DNA of 64,000 bases from an uncultured Spirochaetota bacterium (GTDB taxonomy: Bacteria; Spirochaetota; Spirochaetia; SZUA-6; Fen-1364): positions 576,001 to 640,000 of the forward strand of contig CAWAHW010000002.1 of the NCBI GenBank assembly GCA_963781885.1, read 5' to 3'. Made by a program: the position numbers and the translations under genes. The notes under the pieces are model-generated. The model did not search any database, had not been told where the DNA came from, and was given only the letters and a program-made list of their open reading frames with translations. This document shows positions 50,784-62,660 of this stretch, piece by piece. The first letter of the stretch is position 1, and the number at the start of each line of letters is the position of its first letter.

Positions 50784-52133
50784 GTGAATGCGACCAAGGA
50801 AGTGGAGTTCCTCGAGAACTCACAGGTGAAGCTCAAGGTGCACGTGCCGACGGCGGACGTGAAGCAGGAATACGACAGCATCGTCAAGGAGTATTGCCAG
50901 AACGCCCACCTCAAGGGCTTCCGCAAAGGCAAGGTGCCTGCGGACGTCGTCATCCGCAAGCTCGGGCCGTCGCTCATCGATCAGACCCGGGCGGAGGTAC
51001 TGGAGAAGACCCTGTCCGAGATTTTCGAAACCGTGGAGCAGAAACCCATCCCCTATGCCACGCCCGAGATCAAGTCGGAGGAGGCGTTGGAGCTGGGCAA
51101 GGACTTCAGCTTCGAGGTGGTCTACGACACGTGGCCCGCAATCGAGCTGGGTCCCTACCTCGGCCTGGAGGTGGATCAACCGGAATGGGAGATCACCGAC
51201 GAAGACATGGGCCGCGAGCTCACGGGCCTCCAGGAGCAGAACGCGCTCTACACCGACAAGGAAAGCGGTGCCGTGGAGACGGGCGACATCGTCAACATCG
51301 ACTACGTCGAGATCGAGTCTGCCGGCACGGAGCGCCCGGGCACGAAGCGGGAGGCTTTCGTCTTCGAGGTGGGCACGGGGTACAATGTCTACAAGCTGGA
51401 TGACGAGGTCATCGGCATGGCGAAGGCGGAGACGAAGCTTGTCACAAAGACCTTCCCGGAGGATTTCGAGACCAAGGTGCTCGCCGGCAAGACCGTCATG
51501 CTCCGCGTGACGCTCAACAGCATCAAGGAGAAGAAGCTCCCGGAGATCAACGACGAGCTCGCGCAGGACCTGAGCGAGAAATTCCAGACCCTGGACGATC
51601 TGAAGGCGGACATCCGCAAGAAGCTGGAAGACGCCGTGAAGTCGGCGCTGCGCTCGAAGACCGTCACACGCGTGCTGGATTCCGTCGTGGAGACGTCGAA
51701 GATCGCGCTCCCCGCGTCCATGGTGGACTACCAGCTGGAAGCGATGTGGCAGGAATACGCAAACAGGCTGCGCGTGGATGAGAAGCAGCTGGCCGCCATC
51801 CTGGAGCAGCAGGGAAAATCCGTGGAGGACGTGCGCAAGGAGTGGACCCCGGGGGCGGAGAAGAGGGCGCGGCTTCAGCTTGTCGTCTCGGAGATCGCCA
51901 AGAAGGAAGGCATCGGCATCGAGGAAAGCGACCTGGACGCGGAGATCGGCAAGATGGCGGAGGAGCGCAAGGTCACACCGGAGGAGCTGAAGGCGAACCT
52001 GGCGAAGAACGACCTCGTTGACTACATGCGCAGCAACCTGCGCACGGACAAGCTCTACGACTACCTCCTTTCCAAGACGAATATCCGCACGGCGGAGAAG
52101 AGGAAAGTATTGGACATTCTCCAGGGTAATTAG
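50784..52133 (+). CDS. tig: Trigger factor
   Basis: GFRKGKVP ribosome-binding motif, GDIVNIDY FKBP domain, LPEINDELA; tRNA-Leu-tig-clpP-clpX-lon synteny. Confidence 0.95.
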   Translation: MNATKEVEFLENSQVKLKVHVPTADVKQEYDSIVKEYCQNAHLKGFRKGKVPADVVIRKLGPSLIDQTRAEVLEKTLSEIFETVEQKPIPYATPEIKSEEALELGKDFSFEVVYDTWPAIELGPYLGLEVDQPEWEITDEDMGRELTGLQEQNALYTDKESGAVETGDIVNIDYVEIESAGTERPGTKREAFVFEVGTGYNVYKLDDEVIGMAKAETKLVTKTFPEDFETKVLAGKTVMLRVTLNSIKEKKLPEINDELAQDLSEKFQTLDDLKADIRKKLEDAVKSALRSKTVTRVLDSVVETSKIALPASMVDYQLEAMWQEYANRLRVDEKQLAAILEQQGKSVEDVRKEWTPGAEKRARLQLVVSEIAKKEGIGIEESDLDAEIGKMAEERKVTPEELKANLAKNDLVDYMRSNLRTDKLYDYLLSKTNIRTAEKRKVLDILQGN

Positions 52134-52176
52134 GTACCATTAAGGATGATCATGACGGATGCAAGGACGGCGCGCG

Positions 52177-52774
52177 ATGGATGAGATGGACACGAACCTC
52201 GTTCCGATCGTCATCGAACAGACGGGCCGTGGAGAGCGGTCGTACGACATCTACTCCCGGCTGCTGAAGGACAGGATCGTCTTCGTGGACGGGGAGATCT
52301 ACGACGTGAACGCGGACATGGTGGTCGCCCAGCTGCTGTTCCTGGAGTCCCAGGATCCCGAGAAGGACATCCATCTCTACGTCAATTCCCCCGGTGGGAC
52401 GGTGACCGCGGGCCTCGCCATCTATGACACCATCCAGTACATCAAGCCGAACGTGCAGACCATCTGCCTCGGGCAGGCCGCCTCGATGGGCGCGCTGCTC
52501 CTGGCCTGCGGAACCCACGGCAAGCGGGTCGCGCTGCCCTCATCGCGCATCCTCATCCACCAGCCCTGGGGGGGCGTGTCGGGGCAGGCGGTCGACATCA
52601 GCATCCAGGCCCGCGAGCTCGTGCGGATCAAGAAGCTGATCGTCTCCTATTTCGCCGAACATACGCAGAAGGCGCCGGAGGCGGTGGAGCGGGACCTGGA
52701 GCGGGACTACTACATGTCCGCGGAAGAAGCGCTGGAATACGGGCTGATCGACAAGATCCTGAAGCGTGGGAAAA

Positions 52775-52797
<23 letters not shown>
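52177..52797 (+). CDS. clpP: ATP-dependent Clp protease proteolytic subunit
   Basis: [25 protein letters not shown] (Ser), IHQP (His), ERD. Confidence 0.97.
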
Positions 52798-54028
<1,231 letters not shown>

Positions 54029-54041
54029 AAAAGCGCGTCCC

Positions 54042-56633
54042 ATGAGGGTACTGCTCAAGCGCAACGAGCTGTTCATGGTCCCCCTCAAGGACCTGGTCGT
54101 CTTTCCGCGCATGGTCGTGCCCTTTTTCGTCGGCAGGCGCAGGTCGGTGCGCAGCGTGGAAGAGGCGGCGCGGACCGGCAAGTCCCTTTTCCTCGTGACG
54201 CAGAAAAAGACCGTCGTGGAAGATCCCGGGGAGCACGACGTGCACACCGTGGGCACCATCGCGAGGGTGCTCCAGATGATGAAGCTCCCGGACGGCAAGC
54301 TGCGCCTCCTCATCGAGGGCCAGGAGAGAGCGGCCATCGGGCGCTACACGGAGACGAAGGACTGCTTCCGGGTGATCGTGCGGACGATCCCGCCGCACAA
54401 CGACGTCACCCCGCAGATCTCCGCGCTCATGCGCACCGTGCTCTCCCAGTTTACCCAGTTCAACGAGATCTCCAAGAAGGTCGCCCCGGAGGCGGTGACG
54501 GCCATTGAATCCGCCGTGCTCCCCGACGTGCTCGTGGACCTCGTGGCGGGCACCGTGCCGCTGAAGCTCGAGGAGAAGCTGGAGCTCCTCTCCATCGAGG
54601 ATGCCTCCGCGCGCCTGGAGCGCTGCGCGGCGATACTCGGCGCGGAGATCGAGCTCATGAGTCTCGAGCAGGAGATCACCGGCAAGGTCCGCAAGAAGCT
54701 GGAAAAAACGCAGAAGGACTACTTCCTCAACGAGCAGCTCAAGGAGATCCAGAAAGAGCTGGGCACGGAGGGAGACGACCCGACGGGTGCGCGCGAGCTG
54801 GAGGACAAGCTCAAGACAAAAGGTCTCCCCGCCGAGGTTTCCGACAAATGCCAGAAGGAGCTCAAGAGGCTCGCGCGGATGCAGCCGATGTCGCCGGAGT
54901 CGGCGCTCCTGCGGACCTACCTCGAGTGGATGGCGGACCTGCCGTGGAAGGAGACAACGCCGGACAACCGCGACATCGAGCGCGCCCGGGAGATACTGGA
55001 CGAGGATCACTACGACCTGAAAAAGGTGAAGGAGCGGATACTCGACTTCATCGCCGTGCGCCAGCTCAAGAGCCGGATCAAGGGACCCATCCTCTGCTTC
55101 ATCGGGCCTCCGGGCACGGGCAAGACCTCGCTGGGCAGGTCCGTCGCGCGCTCCCTGGGACGCAACTTCGTGCGCGTGTCGCTGGGCGGCGTGCGGGACG
55201 AGGCGGAGATACGCGGCCACAGGAAGACGTACGTCGGGGCGCTGCCGGGCAAGATCCTCCAGTCCATGCGGAAGGCGGGATCGACGAACCCGGTCTTCCT
55301 GCTCGATGAGATCGACAAGATGAGCTCGGACTGGCGTGGGGATCCGGCCTCCGCTCTGCTGGAGGTCCTGGACCCCGAGCAGAATCACACCTTCATGGAT
55401 CATTACCTGGAGGTGCCGTACGACCTCTCCGACGTGATGTTCATCACGACGGCCAACTCCACGCACAACATCCCCTATCCGCTGCGCGACCGGATGGAGG
55501 TGATCGAGATCTCGGGGTACACCGAGTTCGAAAAGGAAAACATCGCGGAGAAGTTCCTCGTGCCCAAGCAGATCCAGGAGAACGGCCTGGACTGGGCCGC
55601 CATCACGTTCCAGAAGTCCGCCATCATGCGTCTCATCCGGTCGTACACGATGGAAGCAGGCGTGCGAAACCTCGAGCGCGAGATCGCCAACATTCTGCGG
55701 AAGATCGCACGCGAGGCGGTGCGCCAGGGCCTGATGCCGCCGGCCGCGGTGCCCGTGGCCAAGACGGAGGCGCCGGGCGCGGGCAAGGATGCCGCGAAGG
55801 AAGGCCCGGCATCCGCCTCCGTGGAGCCGGCCGCGGCCGAAATCCTCGCGCCGACGGAAAGCCCGGCCGCCCCCGCGCCTGTCGAGCCTGCCTTCAAGGT
55901 CGTTGTCACCGGGCGCACGGTGGAGAAATACCTCGGCAAGGAAAAGTTCCAGGAGAGCACATTCTCCCAGGACATGAAGCCCGGTCTTGCCTACGGCATG
56001 GCGTGGACCGAGCTCGGCGGCCAGCTCCTTCCCGTTGAAGTGGCCATTGTCGTCGGCAAGGGCGAGCTCACCCTGACGGGCAGCCTCGGTGACGTGATGA
56101 AGGAAAGCGCGCAGGCGGCGCTCACCTTCCTCCGCGCGCATCACGCGACGCTGGGCATCGATCCCGGGTTCACGAAGGACCGCGACATCCACATCCACGT
56201 TCCCGAAGGCGCCATACCGAAGGACGGGCCGTCGGCGGGCATCACGCTGGCCGCCGCGCTTCTCTCTGCCGTTGCCGGCGTGCCCGTCACCCCCGGCTTC
56301 GCGATGACGGGAGAGATCACCCTCACGGGCCGCCTTCTTCCCATCGGCGGCGTGAAGGAGAAGGTCCTTGCCGCGCACCGCTACAAGATGACGCGCGTGC
56401 TGCTGCCCCAGCGGAACGAAAAAGACCTTGAGGAGATACCCGCCGAGGTGCTGGAGGCCCTGGATTTCCACTTTGCCGACTCGGTGCTGGATGCCCTCTC
56501 GATACTCTTCCCCGACCGGCGTTTCGACCGCGGGGTCACCGACGCTCCCGTCACGGAGGCAGTCGTCGACGCCGTGCGACGCGCGCCACCGGAGCCGCAA
56601 GACCACCCCTCGCTGGAGCAACCCGTCCACTGA
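54042..56633 (+). CDS. lon: Lon protease (endopeptidase La)
   Basis: [31 protein letters not shown] (Ser), GVKEK (Lys). Confidence 0.97.
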   Translation: MRVLLKRNELFMVPLKDLVVFPRMVVPFFVGRRRSVRSVEEAARTGKSLFLVTQKKTVVEDPGEHDVHTVGTIARVLQMMKLPDGKLRLLIEGQERAAIGRYTETKDCFRVIVRTIPPHNDVTPQISALMRTVLSQFTQFNEISKKVAPEAVTAIESAVLPDVLVDLVAGTVPLKLEEKLELLSIEDASARLERCAAILGAEIELMSLEQEITGKVRKKLEKTQKDYFLNEQLKEIQKELGTEGDDPTGARELEDKLKTKGLPAEVSDKCQKELKRLARMQPMSPESALLRTYLEWMADLPWKETTPDNRDIERAREILDEDHYDLKKVKERILDFIAVRQLKSRIKGPILCFIGPPGTGKTSLGRSVARSLGRNFVRVSLGGVRDEAEIRGHRKTYVGALPGKILQSMRKAGSTNPVFLLDEIDKMSSDWRGDPASALLEVLDPEQNHTFMDHYLEVPYDLSDVMFITTANSTHNIPYPLRDRMEVIEISGYTEFEKENIAEKFLVPKQIQENGLDWAAITFQKSAIMRLIRSYTMEAGVRNLEREIANILRKIAREAVRQGLMPPAAVPVAKTEAPGAGKDAAKEGPASASVEPAAAEILAPTESPAAPAPVEPAFKVVVTGRTVEKYLGKEKFQESTFSQDMKPGLAYGMAWTELGGQLLPVEVAIVVGKGELTLTGSLGDVMKESAQAALTFLRAHHATLGIDPGFTKDRDIHIHVPEGAIPKDGPSAGITLAAALLSAVAGVPVTPGFAMTGEITLTGRLLPIGGVKEKVLAAHRYKMTRVLLPQRNEKDLEEIPAEVLEALDFHFADSVLDALSILFPDRRFDRGVTDAPVTEAVVDAVRRAPPEPQDHPSLEQPVH

Positions 56634-56710
56634 GGCGTCGGGCGCGCCGGACGGCCCCGCTCCTGATGGCACCCCTTGCGCGACGTACGCCCCGTCATGC
56701 ATTATTTTCC

Positions 56711-57898
56711 ATGATCAATTTCGCACAGAGAATGTCGAGCGTGCACAGGTCCTTCATCCGCGAGATCCTGAAGGCCGCGGTGGACCCGTCAATCATTTCA
56801 TTCGCCGGCGGCCTGCCCAACCCGCGCTTCTTCCCCGTCCGCGAGCTCGAAGAGGCGGCGCGGAGCGTGATCTCCCATGACGGGGATGCGGCACTGCAAT
56901 ACGCCACGACGGAGGGTTATCCGCCGCTGCGGGAAAAGATCGCCGAGCGCTACGCGGCGCGGGGAACGAAGGTCTCGGCCGACGAGATTCTTGTCCTCAA
57001 CGGCTCCCAGCAGGGGCTGGATCTCGCGGCAAAAATCTTCATCGATGCCGGCGACGATATCCTCGTGGAAAGCCCGTCCTATCTGGCGGCACTGCAATGC
57101 TTCGGCCTGTTCGAGCCGCATTTTCGCCCGCTCGCCCTGGACGCCGAGGGAGTCTCCATCGCGGCGCTCTCCGACAGCCTGCGTACCGGCTCCCCCAAGT
57201 TTTTTTACGCCATACCCAATTTCCAGAACCCTTCGGGCATCAGTTATACGGAAGCCCGGCGGCGCGAAACGGCACGGGCGATCGCCGGCTCCTCCACCGT
57301 GCTCGTGGAGGACGATCCTTATGGAGAGATCAGGTTCATGGGGCGTGACCTGCCTTCCCTATGGACCTGCATGGCGGAGGAGGCGACGGGCGCGGAAAGG
57401 GCCGTGCTCCTGGGCACGTTCTCCAAGATCGTCTCACCGGGCATGCGTCTGGGATGGATCTGCGCCGGCCGTGAGATAATGGAGAACCTCGTGGTCGCCA
57501 AGCAGGCGGCGGACCTGCACTCCAATGAGCTCACGCAGAGGATCGTGCACCGCTACCTCTGCACGGCGGACGTGAATGGATACATCGCGCGCATCCGCGC
57601 CGCCTATCGCACGCAGCGCGACGCCATGGTCGGCGCCGTCCACTCCCTTTTCCCAAAGGAGGTCGTCTGCACCGAGCCCGAAGGCGGGATGTTTCTCTGG
57701 ATGACGCTCCCGCGGGGCATGTCGGCGCTTGCCTTCTTCGAGAAGGCGCTGGCGCAGAAGGTGACCTTCGTGCCGGGCAGCGCGTTTTTTGCCGACGGCG
57801 GCGGGGAGAACACGCTGCGCCTGAACTTCTCCAATTGCGACGTGGCCCAGATCGAGCAGGGCATGGAGAGGCTGGCGCGCGTCTACGCCGCCCTGTGA
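56711..57898 (+). CDS. PLP-dependent class I aminotransferase (2-aminoadipate/LysN-like)
   Basis: ISFAGGLP, GSQQG, FQNPSG, EDDPY, TFSKIVSPGMRLG, RLNFS. Confidence 0.9.
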   Translation: MINFAQRMSSVHRSFIREILKAAVDPSIISFAGGLPNPRFFPVRELEEAARSVISHDGDAALQYATTEGYPPLREKIAERYAARGTKVSADEILVLNGSQQGLDLAAKIFIDAGDDILVESPSYLAALQCFGLFEPHFRPLALDAEGVSIAALSDSLRTGSPKFFYAIPNFQNPSGISYTEARRRETARAIAGSSTVLVEDDPYGEIRFMGRDLPSLWTCMAEEATGAERAVLLGTFSKIVSPGMRLGWICAGREIMENLVVAKQAADLHSNELTQRIVHRYLCTADVNGYIARIRAAYRTQRDAMVGAVHSLFPKEVVCTEPEGGMFLWMTLPRGMSALAFFEKALAQKVTFVPGSAFFADGGGENTLRLNFSNCDVAQIEQGMERLARVYAAL

Positions 57899-57993
57899 TC
57901 CGTCCTGCGCGCCACCGACGAGCACGGCCGCTCGGGCTCCTGTACCTTCAGCGTCGTTGCGCGGCAGTAAGGGGGCGCTACCCGCCGCGCGAG

Positions 57994-58854
57994 CTAGTCC
58001 GGCAGGGGCACATCCATCCAGCCGCCCGAGGTGAGCTGGCGCTGCGACGAATAGCCCGCGGCGCGGAGCAGGGCCGCTGCCTGGTCGAAACAGCCGTCGA
58101 TGTCCGAGGGCCTGTGCGCGTCCGCGTTCACCATCATCGGGATGCCCCTGCCGCGCGCCTCTTTCACTATCCACTCTGACGGGTAGAAGGCGCCGCTGGT
58201 GTTGCGCACGACGCCACCGGTATTGATCTCCAGTATGCTGCCCGACCGCGCCACCGCATCGAGCGCCGCGAGGACCGCGGCACGATACCACGGCTCGTCC
58301 TCGCGGAAGTAGTCGGCATTCCTGTTGTTCTTCTTCACGACGTCGAAGTGCCCGATGATGTCGGGCTTCGTGTCGACCGCCATCGCCGCGACAAGGGCAT
58401 AGTAGCGCTCGACCATCGCGCGGACGTCCCCCGCGTACACTTTCTGCAGCCCGGATTCGAGCTCTTCCCGGGATCCGTCCACCGTCCACAGATGGTCTCC
58501 CCCCACGGGCTCGGCGAAGTGAACGGAGCCGATGACGAAGTCCCAGCCCTGCTCCTTGATCCGCGGATGCGCGGGTGAGGTCACCCCAGGGATGTAGTCG
58601 GCCTCGATGCCGAGGAATACCTCGAGCCTTCCCGCGTTGCGCGCCGCCGCCTCGCGCACCTCCCGCCGGTAGCTTTCAAGGTTCTTCTCCGGCATGGTCC
58701 AGTCGGTCGGGAAGGGAAGCACATTGTGGCCGGAGAATCCCAGCCACTTCATTCCCTTGCTGATCGCCGCCGCGGCGTAGTCCTGCGGCGCGCCGTTGCC
58801 GTCGCAGTGATGGGTATGCGTGTGGTAGTTGCCGATTCCGACGCCGGTTTTCAT
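57994..58854 (-). CDS. PHP-family histidinol-phosphatase (HisJ/HisK type)
   Basis: NYHTH...CDG, GIEADY, IGSVH, GHFD, EINTG, NADAH. Confidence 0.88.
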   Translation of the reverse strand: MKTGVGIGNYHTHTHHCDGNGAPQDYAAAAISKGMKWLGFSGHNVLPFPTDWTMPEKNLESYRREVREAAARNAGRLEVFLGIEADYIPGVTSPAHPRIKEQGWDFVIGSVHFAEPVGGDHLWTVDGSREELESGLQKVYAGDVRAMVERYYALVAAMAVDTKPDIIGHFDVVKKNNRNADYFREDEPWYRAAVLAALDAVARSGSILEINTGGVVRNTSGAFYPSEWIVKEARGRGIPMMVNADAHRPSDIDGCFDQAAALLRAAGYSSQRQLTSGGWMDVPLPD

Positions 58855-58913
58855 AGGCGGAAGATACCACGCGCCACGACGCGCCGGATAGCCCGGCCGG
58901 GTTCCGCGCGGCG

Positions 58914-60206
58914 CTACAGGAGCACGAGCTCCCGGGCGCCGACGGGGCGTATCATGAGGTCGTGGCAGGAGGAGGGACCGAAGAGCGCCTTCATTGCCGC
59001 GATGTACGCGTCATGGGCGGAAGCCGGAACGAATGCCTGGATGGTCCCGGCAAAGCCGCCCCCATGCACGCGCCAGGCGCCGATGCCGCCCAGGATCGCC
59101 TGGCTGGCGGCGAGCCCGATGCAGACTCCCTGTTGGTCCACGAACCTGTTCGAATAGCAGTTCTGCAGAAGCATCCAGGAGCTTTGCCCGCTTTCCACGA
59201 CGAGCCTTCGGAAATCCCCGAATCGTCCCTGCTCCAGCGCCGCGACCTGCTCGACGACGCGCGCGTCGTCGGCAAAGAAGTGCAGTGCCCGGAGGATCGC
59301 GCGGTCGCTCACCCTCTTTCGCAGCTCGGGCGTCGCGGCAAGAACCTGGTCGCGGGTGACCTCGCGCAGGACCCGCGCGCCGAGTGCGCGCGCGACGCCC
59401 TTCATCTCGCGCTCGATCGCGGCGTAGTCCTCCGTAAGGTCCTCGTGACTCCCGCCGGTGTCGACGATGACGAGGGAGAAACCGCTCGCCGCAAGGTCGA
59501 ACGGAACACTGCGCACGACGGGCTTCTGAAAATCCTGGAAATCGATCGTGACGAATCCGCCGACCGCGCTGGTGGTCTGGTCCATGAGCCCACAGGGCTT
59601 GCCGAAATAGTGGTTCTCCGCGTGCTGGCAGATCCGGGCGATCTCGGTCTCCTCGATGCGTCCCCCGTTGTACAGCGTATTGAGGATCGTGGCGATCAAT
59701 ACCTCGTAGGAGGCCGAGGAGCTGAGCCCCGATCCCTTGAGGACCGAGCTGATGGCACAGGCGTGAAAACCGCCCACCGTGTGCCCGAGGGCGGCAAAGC
59801 GCGCGGCGACGCCGCGGGTGAGCGCCTGGGTCGTGCCGGTCTCCGCCTCCCGGAAGGCAAGCTCGTCCAGGACGATCTCCTGCCGGCTGTAGCCTTCGCT
59901 TTCCACGATGATGCGACGGTCGTCGCTCCGGGCAACGACCGCCGCGGCGTCCATGTTCACTGCCGCGGCGAGCACCCGGCCGGCATTGTGATCCGTGTGA
60001 TTGCCCGCCACCTCCGTCCGGCCCGGGGCGCTGAAGATGCGCGGCTCCCCGTCAAGCGGAAAAAGCGCGGCAAACCGGTCCAGAAGGTTCGCGTAGCGCT
60101 TCTTCTGGTGCGCGAGGATGTCGGGCCTTTTTCCATACAGCTGCTGAAGCTCGCCGGTGCCGCGTGGGCTGTCCAGCGCGGCATGGAGCGTATGCGCGGA
60201 ATACAT
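58914..60206 (-). CDS. galK: Galactokinase (GHMP kinase)
   Basis: APGRTEVAGNHTDH, GSGLSSSA, CGLMDQ, HGGGFAG. Confidence 0.88.
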   Translation of the reverse strand: MYSAHTLHAALDSPRGTGELQQLYGKRPDILAHQKKRYANLLDRFAALFPLDGEPRIFSAPGRTEVAGNHTDHNAGRVLAAAVNMDAAAVVARSDDRRIIVESEGYSRQEIVLDELAFREAETGTTQALTRGVAARFAALGHTVGGFHACAISSVLKGSGLSSSASYEVLIATILNTLYNGGRIEETEIARICQHAENHYFGKPCGLMDQTTSAVGGFVTIDFQDFQKPVVRSVPFDLAASGFSLVIVDTGGSHEDLTEDYAAIEREMKGVARALGARVLREVTRDQVLAATPELRKRVSDRAILRALHFFADDARVVEQVAALEQGRFGDFRRLVVESGQSSWMLLQNCYSNRFVDQQGVCIGLAASQAILGGIGAWRVHGGGFAGTIQAFVPASAHDAYIAAMKALFGPSSCHDLMIRPVGARELVLL

Positions 60207-60266
60207 TGGTTCCCCCTAAACCGCATCATTTCGCATGGGCGCGCGGCGCGCAAGGGGGGGCCTGCG

Positions 60267-62660
60267 TCAGCGCGCGCGCTCCAGGGTGAGCCGCGTGAAA
60301 GCCCGCACGACGATCCTGTCATTGTTGGCGGGCATCGCGACGCCGTCGATGGTAACACGTTCCACGGCGGCGCCGTGCAGCTGGAGCGCGATCGATTCGT
60401 ACGGCCACGCATAGCCGCCTTCATGTCCCCAGGAAAGCTCCGCCTGCCGGGGCGTCCCGCGGAACGTAAAGCGGTCGATCCGCCTCTCGCCGTCGCCGTC
60501 ACCGGCATCGGAATAGAGCAGGCTCACCCGTTCCGCGCCCGCATCCGGCAGGAAGAGGTGAAGCGTGACCGTCTTGCCGGTGACGTCGGGTATGACGGCG
60601 CCCTGCCGCACGAGGAGGGGATCTTTGAAAGCGGCGCGTCGAGGGCCGCCGTCTGGCCGCCCGGCGAGCGGGAGACCGGTCTCCCACTCGAACCATGTCC
60701 CCGGCGGAAGGCGAACAGTGCGCTGCCGGGCGCCGTCCGCAAGGATCGGTGCGATCAGAAGCGAGTCCCCCGCCATGAACGCGTCGTCGATCTTCCAGAG
60801 GTCCACGTCCGCAGGGTCCAGCCAGAAAAGGGGCCGCAGCAGCGGCGCGCCCGTCTCATGCGCCTGCCAGGCGGTGGTGTACCAGTAGGGCAACAGGCGG
60901 TAGCGGAGCTTCAGCGCGCCGCGCGCGACCTCCAGCACCTCGGGCCCGAGCTCCCAAGGCTCGCGCCGCGGCAGGAAGAAGGCTGCATGCGTCCTGAAAA
61001 ATGGCATGAACGAGCCGAGTTGGAACCAGCGCGCGAAAAGCTCGGGGGATGGGCGTCCCGAGAAGCCGCCAATGTCCGGGCCGGCGAATGGCTGGCCGCT
61101 CAGGCCGATCCCGAGCACCGTGGAAATGGTCAGGCGCAGCATCTCCCAGGAGGTCTGTGTATCTCCCGTCCACGTCCAGGCGGTGCGCTGCATCCCCACC
61201 CAGCCCGAACGGGAAAGCAGGAAGGGCCGCCGGTCAGGTCGAAGCCTGCGCAGGCCTTCGTACCCCGCGTGATTCATGAGGTGACCGTAGATGTTGTGCG
61301 CGCCCCGGTGGTCCCCGCCCGCGCCCTCCATGTCGTGCCGCATGCCCCGCGGCAGGGTCATTTCCCCCCATGCGGTGAAGGCGGACGGCTCGTTCATGTC
61401 ATGCCAGAAGCCGTCAATACCCGCCGCGAGGTGCGGCGCGTACCGGGTGCCCCACCAGTCGCGGGCCGCGGCGGACGTGAAGTCCGGAAAGACGCACACC
61501 CCGGGCCAGACCACGCCGGTCGCGGGCTTTCCGTCCTCATCCTTGATGAAGGCGTCCACCGCGCTGCCGGTATCGTAAACGTCGTAGCCTCTCTCCCGCT
61601 TCACGCCGGGGTCCACGATGGCCACGAGGTGCGCCTCCGAGGCGGCGAGCTCCGCGGAGAATCCGGCGATGGAGGGAAAGCGCGTCTCGTCGATGGTGAA
61701 CGTGCGGTGGCCCCGCTGATGGTCGATGTCCATGACGAGCGCGCTGATGGGCAGATCGTGCGCCTTGAAGCCTGCCCAGACTCGGCGCATTTCCTTTTCA
61801 TCGCCCCATCCCCACTGCGACTGCATGTAGCCCAGCGCCCAGCGGGGCGGGAGTGCCGGTCTGCCCGTGAGCCAGGACAGCCTTTCCAGGAGGACCGACG
61901 GCGCGCCCGCTGCGCAGTACCAGCGTGATGGCCCGCCCGTGAAACGCATCACCGCTTCTTCGCCGAATGTCGCGGAGGACTCGAACTGGTTGTCATAGAA
62001 CGCGAGCGTGGAGCCGCCGCGCTGAAGACAGAGGTACACCGGCATGCAGATGTAGAGCGGGTCCTTTCCCGGGCCGTAGCTTCCGCCCGGATCGTTGTTC
62101 CAGCACCGATAGGACCCGGGCCGCAGGTCCAGCCGCGCCGCCCTCTCTCCCATTCCGCAGATCACCGCCTCGGACGACAGCCTGCACCGGCTCGTCCATT
62201 CCACCCCGGACCATGAAGGGGGCATCTCCTCGCGCACGGTGAGGCCGGCGGCGTTGCTGATACACAGCCCACCGTCCGGCAGGACGCGTACTTCCATTGC
62301 CGCTGTGCGGAGACGGGAGGAACCCTCGCGCTCGCTGACGTCGACCGGCACGGCCGGCGGCGACTCCACGGCGACGGCCCACGACGGGGTCATGCCTGCC
62401 CCGTCCCAGGAGAAAAACGCCAGATCGGTCAGGAGAAAGCGCACCACGAGCGACGCATTCTCGAACCGGTATGTCGCCCCCGACGCGGAATGCGTCGTGG
62501 CCATCAGTCGGCCCGGGACGCGTTCCGCCGCGCCTTTTTCATTTGTCTTGCGCAGAGCGGCATCCCGCTTGTCGCGTCGCCAGGCGAAGCGCACCGAACG
62601 CAGCCCATTGGCAAGACCGATGAGCGTGACGCTGAGGATCGCCTTCTGGATGACGTTCAT
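60267..62660 (-). CDS. GH31 alpha-glucosidase family protein
   Basis: PPRWALGY, MDID, IVDPG, GFWHDMNEP, WTGD, GPDIGGF, FFRTH. Confidence 0.93.
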   Translation of the reverse strand: MNVIQKAILSVTLIGLANGLRSVRFAWRRDKRDAALRKTNEKGAAERVPGRLMATTHSASGATYRFENASLVVRFLLTDLAFFSWDGAGMTPSWAVAVESPPAVPVDVSEREGSSRLRTAAMEVRVLPDGGLCISNAAGLTVREEMPPSWSGVEWTSRCRLSSEAVICGMGERAARLDLRPGSYRCWNNDPGGSYGPGKDPLYICMPVYLCLQRGGSTLAFYDNQFESSATFGEEAVMRFTGGPSRWYCAAGAPSVLLERLSWLTGRPALPPRWALGYMQSQWGWGDEKEMRRVWAGFKAHDLPISALVMDIDHQRGHRTFTIDETRFPSIAGFSAELAASEAHLVAIVDPGVKRERGYDVYDTGSAVDAFIKDEDGKPATGVVWPGVCVFPDFTSAAARDWWGTRYAPHLAAGIDGFWHDMNEPSAFTAWGEMTLPRGMRHDMEGAGGDHRGAHNIYGHLMNHAGYEGLRRLRPDRRPFLLSRSGWVGMQRTAWTWTGDTQTSWEMLRLTISTVLGIGLSGQPFAGPDIGGFSGRPSPELFARWFQLGSFMPFFRTHAAFFLPRREPWELGPEVLEVARGALKLRYRLLPYWYTTAWQAHETGAPLLRPLFWLDPADVDLWKIDDAFMAGDSLLIAPILADGARQRTVRLPPGTWFEWETGLPLAGRPDGGPRRAAFKDPLLVRQGAVIPDVTGKTVTLHLFLPDAGAERVSLLYSDAGDGDGERRIDRFTFRGTPRQAELSWGHEGGYAWPYESIALQLHGAAVERVTIDGVAMPANNDRIVVRAFTRLTLERAR

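Noticed and set aside
58962-61928. 988-aa plus-strand ORF
   Set aside because: Antisense shadow of galK and GH31 caused by high-GC codon bias; no recognisable motifs.
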